A stretch of DNA of 64,000 bases from Nitrosopumilus sp. (GTDB taxonomy: Archaea; Thermoproteota; Nitrososphaeria; Nitrososphaerales; Nitrosopumilaceae), in assembly GCA_965206745.1 (NCBI GenBank), contig OZ242220.1, forward strand, positions 448,001 to 512,000, read 5' to 3'. The stretch's first letter is position 1; the number at the start of each line of letters is the position of its first letter. Both the position numbers and the translations under genes were made by a program. Positions 10,382-20,010 of the stretch are shown here, in pieces. The notes under the pieces are model-generated. The model was not told the origin of the DNA, did not search any database, and saw nothing but the letters and a program-made list of their open reading frames with translations.

Positions 10382-11461
10382 ATGATTAGGGTGATTTTTT
10401 GTTCAATTTTGATACTATTGCTAGTTCCGTTCTCACAGGCCTTTTCTGCAGAATCCACTGATAATGCCCCCACGTTAATCGTGAAACTTGACAAGGAGAA
10501 TATCTACGTCTATCAGGATTCTGAAGGCTATACTGTTGTAGCCGGGCTGGTCAAAAATCAGAACTCGCTTACCTATGTGACCAACGTGGAAATTCAGGCA
10601 AGCTTTTTCACTCAATACGGAGTCACGCCCCTGGAAGTAAATTTGGGCAGCACGGCTCTCAAAGTCATTCCGCCCAATGGACAATCCCCGTTTACCGTTC
10701 GTTCTGCAACTCCAGATTCTGAGATTGCTGAGGCCTCTGTCGCCCTTTTAGGATTTGATTCCTCTGTGGAGAAGCAGAAGGGACTCATTGTATATTCTAG
10801 CGAGGTGTTTTTGGATGAGACTCTGCAGTTTTCGGGAGTTTTGAAAAACGGGGGAGCCCCAAGCACTGACACCAACGTATACCTGGCATTCTATGATCGC
10901 TTTGACCCACCAAGAATACTCCAAGTCTCCACAATCGAGCTGGGCAAGATTGGCCTAGATACCGACGTTGATTTTGAGTTTGATGAACCGATTCATCACC
11001 AGGCCGCAGGATTTTTCCTTTTTGCAGAATCCAATGTTTTTTACTCTGACTTGGTCGACGTAGTGGTTCCGGCATCCCCACTCCCGACTAAGAAAGTGGC
11101 AATCTCAAATGTGTCTGTAAGGGATTCTGATGGAAGTGCCACCTCCGAACTTGATGTCGGATCCATTTTTGATATAGTAAGCACTACATCAATAGAGATT
11201 CCTGCCGACTCTGAATCCTCTGAGACTCCCTACACTTACTATGTGCAGATAAAAAGATCATCTGACAGCCGCGGTGATCTACCGACTGTAGAATATATCG
11301 GAAAATTTGACGGCAGGTTCATCGGCAATGCCGTAGAGACTCAAACCATAGATTGGATTCCGCAGGAACCGGGATTCTTTTTCATCGAGACATTCGTTTG
11401 GGACAGGGACAATGTCCCTCTTGGCGAGCAGGGTCCGTACACCCTGATAACCATAGAATAG
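10382..11461 (+). CDS. Secreted/surface protein with Ig-like (FxLYD-like) domains
   Basis: Signal peptide; VAGLVKN..NVEIQASFF..IPPNGQSPF pattern. Confidence 0.75.
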   Translation: MIRVIFCSILILLLVPFSQAFSAESTDNAPTLIVKLDKENIYVYQDSEGYTVVAGLVKNQNSLTYVTNVEIQASFFTQYGVTPLEVNLGSTALKVIPPNGQSPFTVRSATPDSEIAEASVALLGFDSSVEKQKGLIVYSSEVFLDETLQFSGVLKNGGAPSTDTNVYLAFYDRFDPPRILQVSTIELGKIGLDTDVDFEFDEPIHHQAAGFFLFAESNVFYSDLVDVVVPASPLPTKKVAISNVSVRDSDGSATSELDVGSIFDIVSTTSIEIPADSESSETPYTYYVQIKRSSDSRGDLPTVEYIGKFDGRFIGNAVETQTIDWIPQEPGFFFIETFVWDRDNVPLGEQGPYTLITIE

Positions 11462-11560
11462 GACTTTCTAAATTTCCAAAATACGGTAAATTTCTGGGGA
11501 ATCTGTCATTTGAGCATGCAAAAGACTAGATTTATTTTTAAAGAATACTGCCAACATGCA

Positions 11561-12037
11561 TTGTCTAGATTCTCTCTTGTGGCAATGGGTGGAACCTTTG
11601 ATATCCTGCATAGGGGTCATCGTACGTTACTATCAAACGCGTTTGATGTTGCCGATAAGGTGATCATAGGGATCACAAGTGACGAGTTTGCAGCAAGAAA
11701 AGGCAAAATTCTCACAAACAAGTATGATCAGCGCCTTGAAAACCTGACATCTGTCATCTCAAAAATATTCCCCGATGCCTCCTATGAAATAAGCAAGCTC
11801 GAGGATGATTTTGGGCCTGCCATATTTGAGAAAAAAGTCGAGGCGCTAGTTGTAAGTGACGAGACAAGCAATCAGGGAATCACACTCAACGAACTGAGGG
11901 CAAAAAAGAATCTCCTGCCTGTACAAATTATCACGGTTCCCATGTTTTTGGCCAAGGATGGCACGAGGATCTCTACTACTAGAATCAAGAACTCGGAGAT
12001 TGATGCTGATGGAAACTTGCTATCAGTTGACAAGTAG
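11561..12037 (+). CDS. coaD: Phosphopantetheine adenylyltransferase (archaeal type); likely TTG start at 11561
   Basis: MGGTFDILHRGH, ALVVSDET, RISTTRIK motifs. Confidence 0.88.
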   Translation: MSRFSLVAMGGTFDILHRGHRTLLSNAFDVADKVIIGITSDEFAARKGKILTNKYDQRLENLTSVISKIFPDASYEISKLEDDFGPAIFEKKVEALVVSDETSNQGITLNELRAKKNLLPVQIITVPMFLAKDGTRISTTRIKNSEIDADGNLLSVDK

Positions 12038-12080
12038 CTTGTAGAACTTTGAGTAATTGGGATAAAACAGGATTCCTGGA

Positions 12081-12419
12081 TTGGGCATCATGGCAATCAT
12101 CAACCACATGATGAAAAAGATTGACACTGATGTGGCAAATCTCAAACAGGGACTGCATCCTCAAAACCTCTCATACTGGTATGATAAAATCATCAAGGAG
12201 ACCATTGAGATGGCCCCTCCGTGGCTTGAGGAGAAGATCAAAGTGAATCAGGATCCCATCCTCACAATGAAATTCAACCTGGATATCTCAAAACGTGCTG
12301 TGAGATATTTCATGATTGCAGTTGAGAACAATCTAGATGAGATGCCGTATTCCACAAAGCTATATTTCCTCAAGGTGCAAGAGATAATGTCAACTGAGAT
12401 GGATAAATCACTGGTTTAG
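12081..12419 (+). CDS. Conserved-type thaumarchaeal hypothetical protein
   Basis: 112-aa ORF with core-like composition. Confidence 0.75.
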   Translation: MGIMAIINHMMKKIDTDVANLKQGLHPQNLSYWYDKIIKETIEMAPPWLEEKIKVNQDPILTMKFNLDISKRAVRYFMIAVENNLDEMPYSTKLYFLKVQEIMSTEMDKSLV

Positions 12420-12491
12420 GTCGTTTTCTGATTCTAGGCATAAATTCCGGCTCAAAGTATCTATAACCAATTGATCTCAAATTTTTTATCA

Positions 12492-13529
12492 ATGGATCTC
12501 TACAGGTCAAAATATTCAGGTGGAAAAAACTCGAGGCGGGATAACGGCACGACCCGCTCTTTTAGAAATTCCCGAAGCGACAGGCCACCGCGATACTCAA
12601 GGGACGACAGGGGTTCAAGGGATGGCCGCAGGGACGAATCCACAACTGTGACGTGCGCTGATTGCGGTGACCAATGTACAGTTCCGTTTGTCCCAAGGAC
12701 TAACAAGCCCGTATACTGCAGTGACTGCTTTAGGGATAACAAGCCGCAGGATTATGGAAACGACAGGGGTTCTAGAGATGACAGGCAATCACGATACTCA
12801 CAAGATGACCACAGGGACGAGTCCACAACTGTAACATGCTCTGACTGCGGTGACCAATGTACCGTTCCGTTTGTCCCAAGAACTAACAAGCCTGTATACT
12901 GCAGTGACTGCTTTAGAAAAAACAAGCCACAGGATTATGGAAACGACAGATCCTCAAGGGATGACAAACCATCACGATATTCTAGAGATGACAGAGGTTC
13001 GCGATATTCTAGAGATGACAGACCATCACGTTACTCAAGAGATGACAGACCTTCAAGGGATGACAGGTCATCACGTTACTCAAGGGATGACAAACCATCA
13101 CGATATTCAAGAGACGACAGGGGTTCAAGATCATCTTCCAGATCAGAATCAGGCAGAGACAGATCCAAAAAACCGCGAAATGACAAATTTTTAAGAAAAC
13201 AAGAGGGCTTTTTTTCCAATGGTTCTGACAAGTTTTACGAGACCATCAAGGAAAAACTGTATGAAATTTTAGGTGGAAAAACCTGCTCCAACTGCGGCTT
13301 TAAGGACGAAAGGGCCCTGGGGATAAGCCCGATATCTGATGGTGTCACCTCTGATAGTTCCGGACGTGGAGGCGATGCGGCATCATGGGGAAAGTATATC
13401 TCGGCACCAGATCTTGCCAGGGCAGAACTGAAGGTCTTTTGTTTAAATTGCAACCAGATCAGGGAACCCGTACAGAGACAGACCCAGGACAGACCAAGAT
13501 CAAAAAAGAGCAAATATTTCCCCAGATAA
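12492..13529 (+). CDS. CxxC-x17-CxxC zinc-ribbon protein (two copies) with Arg/Asp/Ser low-complexity repeats and a C-terminal CxxC...CxxC domain
   Basis: Two copies of VTC(A/S)DCGDQCTVPFVPRTNKPVYCSDCF; repeated SRYSRDD(R/K); likely ATG at 12492. Confidence 0.88.
   Translation: MDLYRSKYSGGKNSRRDNGTTRSFRNSRSDRPPRYSRDDRGSRDGRRDESTTVTCADCGDQCTVPFVPRTNKPVYCSDCFRDNKPQDYGNDRGSRDDRQSRYSQDDHRDESTTVTCSDCGDQCTVPFVPRTNKPVYCSDCFRKNKPQDYGNDRSSRDDKPSRYSRDDRGSRYSRDDRPSRYSRDDRPSRDDRSSRYSRDDKPSRYSRDDRGSRSSSRSESGRDRSKKPRNDKFLRKQEGFFSNGSDKFYETIKEKLYEILGGKTCSNCGFKDERALGISPISDGVTSDSSGRGGDAASWGKYISAPDLARAELKVFCLNCNQIREPVQRQTQDRPRSKKSKYFPR
12590..13135 (+). repeat. Intragenic ~180-bp duplication of the zinc-ribbon unit plus 27-bp-period tandem repeats encoding SRYSRDD(R/K)(P/G/S)
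   Basis: Near-identical blocks at ~12630-12770 and ~12810-12950; recurrent ...TCACG(A/T)TA(T/C)TC(A/T)AG(A/G)GATGACA... Confidence 0.85.
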
Positions 13530-13589
13530 CCTGCAGAACCTTTTGGGAATGTCTTAACACTTTAATTATAATTATTTTGAAATTGATCC

Positions 13590-13673
13590 ATGAATAGTGA
13601 TTTCAAGGCAATGGGAGTCTCTCTGGTCCTCCTTGTTGGATTTGTAACTGCATATGCCGTATTTGGCCCATAG
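13590..13673 (+). CDS. 27-aa single-TM microprotein MNSDFKAMGVSLVLLVGFVTAYAVFGP
   Basis: TTTAATTA box ~25-30 nt upstream of the ATG; hydrophobic helix; stop abuts the convergent gene. Confidence 0.6.
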   Translation: MNSDFKAMGVSLVLLVGFVTAYAVFGP

Positions 13674-13675
13674 AT

Positions 13676-13957
13676 TCACTCCTTGATCATCTCCACTGTA
13701 TGCTCGAGAATCCTAGTTGAAATCAGCGTATCCTCCTTGTCCAGTACTGACTGTATGAAATCAGCAAAACCCTCCACGCTTGCCTCGTCCTTGAGCAGGA
13801 TGCTATGGGCGGATTTGTCCTTCAATGAGACTACCACCTCGTTTTTGACTACGTTTAGAATCCCCGTAATGTATGTCTCCTTGGCATCTTTTATGAAGAT
13901 GAGGCTGGCCAGTTTCTGGGCCTCATACTTGTCCTCACACGCTATGCTGACCTTCAT
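13676..13957 (-). CDS. Hypothetical protein coupled to trpS
   Basis: ATGA overlap with the trpS stop; 93 aa. Confidence 0.8.
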   Translation of the reverse strand: MKVSIACEDKYEAQKLASLIFIKDAKETYITGILNVVKNEVVVSLKDKSAHSILLKDEASVEGFADFIQSVLDKEDTLISTRILEHTVEMIKE

Positions 13958-15066
13958 TTGTCCTCAAAAAGAAACCGGTCCAACTGTTTTTTAGCCTTCT
14001 CCCTGTTCTCCTGATGGATGGCAAGAAATGCATTGATCTTTTCAATTAGAATTGATTTTAACTCGCCGGACAACAGCTTGCCTGATTTGTAATCCTCATA
14101 GATTCCCTTTAGCTTGTCATCATCCTGCTCGAAAAATATTCGCAGATACTGGTATGATACATCAATGTCTGGATTTCCTCCAAGCTTCCTGTGCTGTTCG
14201 ACATCTGGCTGTCCCCCTGAGAATGCATACTTGTTGATCTTTTTTCTGACCTGGTCCGGGGAATCAGTAGTGTATATCGTGCTTTTCTCATCAGAGGCTG
14301 ACATCTTTCCTCCCGGCCCCTCCAGACCCGGAATCATAATGTTGTGAATCAGAGCAGGTTTCTGCTTTCCTATTTTTAGTGCAATGTCCCTTGTCAGTCT
14401 AAAGTGCGGGTCCTGGTCAACGCCCAGTGGAATCAGTACCGGCTTGTCCTCGATAAAGCACGGGGCTGACTGCATTGAGGTGTAAAATATCATCCCGATG
14501 TTCGTCTCGTTTGTAAATCCAAAGGTTGCCTTTGTGTTGGAGAAGTTGATCTTTTTTGCCACCTGGGCTGCAATTGGATAGAGTGTCTGGATGTTTTTGG
14601 TGTTGATGATGATCTTTGTCTTTTCTGGTTTGAATCCTAGTGCGATAAAGTCCAGCGCGTTCTCGTATGCGAACTTTTCTGTCTCCTCCAGGGTCAGATC
14701 TGATTTGGAGTAGAACTTTTCATCATCTGTAAGCTGAAAATACAGGTTGACATCAAACTTTTCTTGCAGCCACTTTGCAAACATCCACGGTACCAGGTGC
14801 CCGATGTGCGTGTGGCCTGAGGGGCCCCTTCCCGTGTACAGAAAGAACTTGTTGCCTTTCTCAAAGTCATCCAGTATCCTAGCCATGTCCCTGTGGGAGA
14901 AAAAGATGCCCCGTCTGAGCATAAAGTGATCCTCGCCTGCAATCCTCCTGATTCTATCAAGCAGCCCTGCTGAAATCTTTTCAGTACCAAACCGCTTGAT
15001 TAGTTTATCATAGTCAATATCACCTTCTACATGCCAAGGAGTTACGATAAAGTCATCAGATGACAT
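13954..15066 (-). CDS. trpS: Tryptophanyl-tRNA synthetase
   Basis: VTPW, LYTGRGPS, HIGH, DQDPHFR, KMSAS motifs. Confidence 0.97.
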   Translation of the reverse strand: MSSDDFIVTPWHVEGDIDYDKLIKRFGTEKISAGLLDRIRRIAGEDHFMLRRGIFFSHRDMARILDDFEKGNKFFLYTGRGPSGHTHIGHLVPWMFAKWLQEKFDVNLYFQLTDDEKFYSKSDLTLEETEKFAYENALDFIALGFKPEKTKIIINTKNIQTLYPIAAQVAKKINFSNTKATFGFTNETNIGMIFYTSMQSAPCFIEDKPVLIPLGVDQDPHFRLTRDIALKIGKQKPALIHNIMIPGLEGPGGKMSASDEKSTIYTTDSPDQVRKKINKYAFSGGQPDVEQHRKLGGNPDIDVSYQYLRIFFEQDDDKLKGIYEDYKSGKLLSGELKSILIEKINAFLAIHQENREKAKKQLDRFLFEDK

Positions 15067-15111
15067 TCACCTTGAGTTAGGTTAAGGTTTAAAAAGTCTT
15101 TTTGGGATTCC

Positions 15112-16506
15112 TTGCTATTGTCGCAAGTTTTTCATGAAATTGAAAAAAAAATTATTCGCTCCCTAAGGGACAATCCCAAACAGACTCCCCAGATGCTGGG
15201 TAGTTCCACGCAACTCTCCCCTGATCAGATCAGGCGCGGCATTGAATGGCTCCGGCTGAAAAACCTGGCAATTGTCATTGAATCAAAGTCAAGCCTTGTG
15301 AGTTTGGGCAGAAACGGCATCGAGTCACTTCAAAAGGGACTGCCTGAAAGACGGTTGTTAAACCTGCTAAAGGACGGGCCAAGAAAATTATCTGATATAC
15401 AAAAAGAACTGGGGCCAGTATTTGGACCGTCCATGGGTCTGGCCCGAAGAAATAATTGGGTCGAGGCCTCAGCTGATGAGATTTCAATTAAGAATCCTCC
15501 TTTGATACTTTCAGGAGAAAAGACTCTCAAGCTTGTTGGCAATGGCAAGGTACCCAAGGATAAGATTGATGGTGCAGACCTGTCTGGACTGTCAAGGCGG
15601 CCTGATTTTATCATTGAGGATTCTATTAAATCACAAATAATCTCTCTGTCTGATGCGGCAAAGTCAATTACACTTTCAGACTCTGCAGGTGGCATCGATG
15701 TTGAGGCAGAGGTTCCGCAGGTCTTTGTTGCAAGGACACATCCGCTAAAGGATACAATCGATGAGATTCGTGAGATATTTGTCACACTTGGATTCTCAGA
15801 GATCCTCGGCAGCATGACCCAGTCAAGCTTTTGGAACTTTGATGCACTCTTTACCCCGCAGGATCATCCCGCAAGAGAGCTGCAAGATACGTTTTATCTC
15901 GATGATACCAGCGCCAAAAAGGTTGCAACGCCAAAGCAAGTCAGCAACGTCTCCCAATCACACAAAAAGAATTGGAGATACCAGTGGGATATCGATGAGG
16001 CAAGAAAGATGGTTCTCAGAACCCATACTACCTGCGTAACTATCAGGCATCTTGCAGAACAGAAACCTGATGAGGCGCGAATTTTCTCACTGGGAAGGGT
16101 CTTTAGAAACGAAAAGGTCAGCTACAAGCATTTAGTCGAGTTCAACCAGATTGAGGGGGTCGTGGTTGGGAAGGACGCTTCCCTGAGAAACCTGATGGGA
16201 ATCCAGCGGGAGTTTTACAGGCGTATTGGAATCACCAAGATAAAGTTCTGGCCCACATTCTTCCCATATACTGAGCCGTCCCTTCAGACCATGGTTTACA
16301 ATGAAAAACTGGGAAAATGGATTGAACTGTTTGGCATGGGCATATTCCGACCCGAAGTGACCAAGCCTCTTGGCATTACCCAGCCTGTCCTGGCCTGGGG
16401 TGGAGGAATTGAGAGGATTGCAATGCTAAAGTACGGTCTGGATGATGTAAGGGAGTTTTACAATAACAATCTGGGCTGGTTGAGGAGTGCCACAAAATGC
16501 CAGTAG
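15112..16506 (+). CDS. pheS: Phenylalanyl-tRNA synthetase alpha subunit
   Basis: WNFDALFTPQDHPARELQDTFY, LRTHTT, FFPYTEPS motifs. Confidence 0.97.
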   Translation: MLLSQVFHEIEKKIIRSLRDNPKQTPQMLGSSTQLSPDQIRRGIEWLRLKNLAIVIESKSSLVSLGRNGIESLQKGLPERRLLNLLKDGPRKLSDIQKELGPVFGPSMGLARRNNWVEASADEISIKNPPLILSGEKTLKLVGNGKVPKDKIDGADLSGLSRRPDFIIEDSIKSQIISLSDAAKSITLSDSAGGIDVEAEVPQVFVARTHPLKDTIDEIREIFVTLGFSEILGSMTQSSFWNFDALFTPQDHPARELQDTFYLDDTSAKKVATPKQVSNVSQSHKKNWRYQWDIDEARKMVLRTHTTCVTIRHLAEQKPDEARIFSLGRVFRNEKVSYKHLVEFNQIEGVVVGKDASLRNLMGIQREFYRRIGITKIKFWPTFFPYTEPSLQTMVYNEKLGKWIELFGMGIFRPEVTKPLGITQPVLAWGGGIERIAMLKYGLDDVREFYNNNLGWLRSATKCQ

Positions 16507-18164
16507 TCGAACTATCCTACAGACGCCTGCAAAGATTGATCGGAAAGGTCTCAAAGAGGCAGATATCTGACTCGCTGCCCTTTCTCGGACTTGATATGGA
16601 GTCTGAAGACGGGGACCTGGTCCGAATAGAGTACAGTCCAAACAGGCCTGACTATTCTACTGATTTTGGAGTTGCACTGGGACTGCAAGGTCTGCTTGGA
16701 ATCAAGACTGGTGCAGTAAAGCTCAATGTAAAAAAATCAGACAGGTATCACATCTCCGTCAAGCCTTCAGTCTCTGGGATTCGGCCCTTTGTAACCGGGA
16801 TTGTTGCAAAGAACAAAAAGATTGATGATAAAACAATCAAGCAACTGATCACCATGCAGGAGGATCTTCATTTTGGAATTGGAAGAAAAAGAAAAAAGTC
16901 CTCCATCGGAATACATGATCTGGACAAGATATCATTTCCACTAGTCTACACTACTGTACACCGGAATCACAAGTTTACTCCGTTAAACTCTGAGGATGAG
17001 CTGACAGTATCTGAAATACTTGATACTACTGATGTGGGCGCAGACTATGGCCATCTACTTGGGAAATCTCTACAGGTTCCGCTGATCCTTGACGCAAATC
17101 AAGATACCGTATCGCTTCCCCCGATAATCAATGCTGCAATTACGACTGTCACCACCAAGACCCAGAACCTCTTCGTTGAGGTGACTGGCATGAATAGGGC
17201 AGATGCAGAGGACATGCTTGCAGTCGTGGCAACTGTCCTGCAGAGTGCCGGATTTACTCTGGAATTTGTGAAAATCACGGGTGCAAAAAACTCTTCTCCA
17301 GAATTCAAACCGCGTAAAATGACTGTTGCCTCCTCACTGGTCAATCAAATTCTGGGTCTGAATCTGACTGTTCCGAAAATCATCTCATCGTTGAGGAGAT
17401 CCCGGCTTGATGCATCGGCCAAAGGGACAAACATTACTTGTATCATACCTGCATACAGGTTTGACATCTTTGGACCAATGGATCTAGTTGAGGAAGTCGC
17501 CCTGGGGTATGGCATTGAAAACCTCAAACCCACAATGTCTCCCTCCCAGACCATAGGGGAGACAAATCCCGTCTCATCAAAGCTAAAATTGCTCGATCAG
17601 ACCATGATAGGGCTTGGATTTCTTGAGGCCCTAAACTCGAGTCTGACTAGCAAGCGTGTACTGTATGATATGACTCGGAGGGATCCTGCAAAACTGATCT
17701 CAGTACTTGACTCAAAGAGTCAGGAGCATACCGTATTACGTGATTCCATACTTGCAGGACTGCTTGAGAACCTCTCAAGGAATATCCACGAGTCGTATCC
17801 GCAAAGAATGTTTGAGACTGGAACCGTCTTTGCACATGACCAACTGTCTTCCTCTGGCGTATCCTGGAATCCTGTCTCTGAAAAGGTTAGTTTTTCTGCA
17901 ATCAGCGCACACAAGGATGCCAACTTTACAGAGATAAAGTCCGTCATCCAGTCTGCGTTAAATGTCGGGTTTGGAATCAAGATGGAGACTCGGACTGCAA
18001 CCCATCCTACCTTTGAGGATGGTCATTGCGCATCAATTATTTCAGACAATATTTCCATTGGAATCATAGGTAAGATTGACTCGAGGATTGTTGAGGATTA
18101 CAAGATCCGCGTTCCTGTGGCAGGCTTTGAGATCTCTTTATCTGACTCTGTTCTTAAAAACTAG
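16497..18164 (+). CDS. pheT: Phenylalanyl-tRNA synthetase beta subunit
   Basis: PNRPD, QEDLH..GRKRKK..IGIHDLD, LPPIIN, RFDI..DLVEEVA motifs; follows pheS. Confidence 0.96.
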   Translation: MPVVELSYRRLQRLIGKVSKRQISDSLPFLGLDMESEDGDLVRIEYSPNRPDYSTDFGVALGLQGLLGIKTGAVKLNVKKSDRYHISVKPSVSGIRPFVTGIVAKNKKIDDKTIKQLITMQEDLHFGIGRKRKKSSIGIHDLDKISFPLVYTTVHRNHKFTPLNSEDELTVSEILDTTDVGADYGHLLGKSLQVPLILDANQDTVSLPPIINAAITTVTTKTQNLFVEVTGMNRADAEDMLAVVATVLQSAGFTLEFVKITGAKNSSPEFKPRKMTVASSLVNQILGLNLTVPKIISSLRRSRLDASAKGTNITCIIPAYRFDIFGPMDLVEEVALGYGIENLKPTMSPSQTIGETNPVSSKLKLLDQTMIGLGFLEALNSSLTSKRVLYDMTRRDPAKLISVLDSKSQEHTVLRDSILAGLLENLSRNIHESYPQRMFETGTVFAHDQLSSSGVSWNPVSEKVSFSAISAHKDANFTEIKSVIQSALNVGFGIKMETRTATHPTFEDGHCASIISDNISIGIIGKIDSRIVEDYKIRVPVAGFEISLSDSVLKN

Positions 18165-18231
18165 TTTGTTCAAGGATAGTTCCCCGTATCATTGCTTCAA
18201 TGGTTTTTAGTAGTAGTGAATACCATATCTA

Positions 18232-18398
18232 GTTGCCCAAGAGCAGGCATGCAGACGGATTAGGATGAGTCGATCGTAATGATACCAGTGATTTCTAATT
18301 CACCCAGGTGTGCTACATTATGGGCAACCCCGGTTTCAGAACGCGAGGAGGCGTATGGCTATGACCAATGAGTCTGTGCGAGTCAGAACCGGGGAACA
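18232..18398 (+). ncRNA. Putative structured ncRNA: two hairpins with kink-turn/K-loop motifs and a 3' ACA (H/ACA-like sRNA candidate)
   Basis: Stems GTTGCCCA/TGGGCAAC, GCATGC/GTGTGC, GGATTAGGA/TTCTAATTC and CCCCGGTT/AACCGGGG; ACA followed by a T-tract; TTTTTAG box ~25 nt upstream. Confidence 0.65.
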
Positions 18399-18443
18399 TT
18401 TTTCTCAAAAAGCATTAAACGTGGATGGTGGTGTGGAACGATT

Positions 18444-18863
18444 ATGGTGAATTATTGGCTTGCAAAACAGGAACCTGAAGGGCCGAGAGGCTATAACTTT
18501 GAGCAGCTAAAAAAGGACAAGACCACCGTGTGGGACGGGGTTCACAACAACCTGGCACTAAAGCATATGCGGGAGATGAAGCCTGGTGATCTCGTACTAT
18601 TCTATCATACGGGTGTTCAAAGGCAGGCAGTCGGAATCATGCAGGTAACTTCCAAACCATACCCGAATCCAAAGGAGGATGTAGCACGATTCATCATAGT
18701 TGATGTAAAATACAAGAGATCCCTCAAGCGTCCTGTGACCCTCGATGAGATGAAAAAGGAGGAGGGCTTTCAAGACTGGGAACTGGTAAGAATCTCAAGG
18801 CTTTCTGTCATGCCTGTACCAAAGCCCATCTGGGATGCCATTTTAAGCATGTCCCAGGACTGA
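18444..18863 (+). CDS. EVE domain (Thy1-like) protein
   Basis: YWLAKQEP, WDGVHN, MKPGDLVLFYHTG, RLSVMPV motifs. Confidence 0.93.
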   Translation: MVNYWLAKQEPEGPRGYNFEQLKKDKTTVWDGVHNNLALKHMREMKPGDLVLFYHTGVQRQAVGIMQVTSKPYPNPKEDVARFIIVDVKYKRSLKRPVTLDEMKKEEGFQDWELVRISRLSVMPVPKPIWDAILSMSQD

Positions 18864-19263
18864 CCGTGATTAGTATGTTGATGTGATTGTTGTTGGGATT
18901 TTTGCAATGTTTTCTTCTTAATTACAATGCATCTTTGTGTTTTATGTTTAGGATAATGGTTTGTTTTGTAGCAAAAAAATCAATCTTTATTGTTGAAAAC
19001 AATAATTGACAAAAATATGTACCATAATCCTAATTGGAATTATTGTAATCTCTTGCTCGTGTGAAATAAGTTATAGAATAGTTGAAAAATTATTTGATAG
19101 TATAGAACCCATGAATGGGCAACTGCTGGAACTTTTTACCCATGCGTAGGTTTCCAAGACTTGTTACTATTTTACAAACAAGTTATTGGAAAAATTCCAA
19201 TTTATAATCATTTAGAACGATCAGAATACTATCATTTTAATATCATTCACATAAATTCTGTTC

Positions 19264-20010
19264 ATGTATCTAACTGGTGGGTATGATAGTACTTGGCTAA
19301 ATAACTTATATCTTCGTAATACTGCAACAACTACAAAATCATGCCAAATTGATTTTTTTGATGAAAAGGGCGGAAAAATATATGAAATAAAACAAATAGA
19401 AATAAATCCTTATGGTATGAATATAGTCAACCTTCAAGATTATAAAGAATTAGAATCACAGAAAGGATTATTCATTATCTGGGCAGATTCTGGAATAAAA
19501 GGAGAACATTATATCTCTGCATACGATGGTGCCCCTTTACGAACAATTAAAGCATTGGATGAAGGATTACCGCCGTTTAATTCACGAGGACTTTCAATTT
19601 TTATTAGTTATTCCATGAAAGACGAAAATGAAAATTTGTATGGATTAATTAGCAGATTTGTAAAAACAATCGGATTTTCTGTGTTGTCTGCAAAAGAATC
19701 TGGAAGAATGGAACTTCCTCCAGGTACACAAATTACAGATATGATTTCTGAATCTCATGCAATGATTGCAATTTTAACAAAAGATATCCACCCTCAGAAC
19801 AACACAGAAGAATTATTTTATCCTAGTCATAATGTAATTGATGAGATAGGGCAAGCAAGTAAGTTACCTGTTATTTTATTGGTTGAAGAAGGAACTAAAG
19901 TTCCATCCAATATAGAAACTAGATCCACATATATCCAATTTTCAAAAAATAATTATGGTGAAATGTTAGTTAATTTGATGGAAAACATGAAAAATTCGGG
20001 ATTTGCTTAA
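19264..20010 (+). CDS. TIR-like domain protein with an N-terminal beta-sandwich (Ig-like) domain
   Basis: C-terminal half IFISYS...AMIAILT...NVIDEIGQA...PVILL...PSNI, with the catalytic-type Glu; N-terminal half LYLRN..IDFFDEKG..INPYG. Confidence 0.75.
   Translation: MYLTGGYDSTWLNNLYLRNTATTTKSCQIDFFDEKGGKIYEIKQIEINPYGMNIVNLQDYKELESQKGLFIIWADSGIKGEHYISAYDGAPLRTIKALDEGLPPFNSRGLSIFISYSMKDENENLYGLISRFVKTIGFSVLSAKESGRMELPPGTQITDMISESHAMIAILTKDIHPQNNTEELFYPSHNVIDEIGQASKLPVILLVEEGTKVPSNIETRSTYIQFSKNNYGEMLVNLMENMKNSGFA

Noticed and set aside
12940-13135. Short periodic repeats as a possible CRISPR array
   Set aside because: Imperfect in-frame 27-bp coding repeats without unique spacers; no cas genes in the window.
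18232-18398. RNase P or SRP RNA identity for the structured intergenic RNA
   Set aside because: Too short, and it lacks the GAGGAAAGUCC (RNase P) and helix-8 GGAA tetraloop (SRP) signatures.
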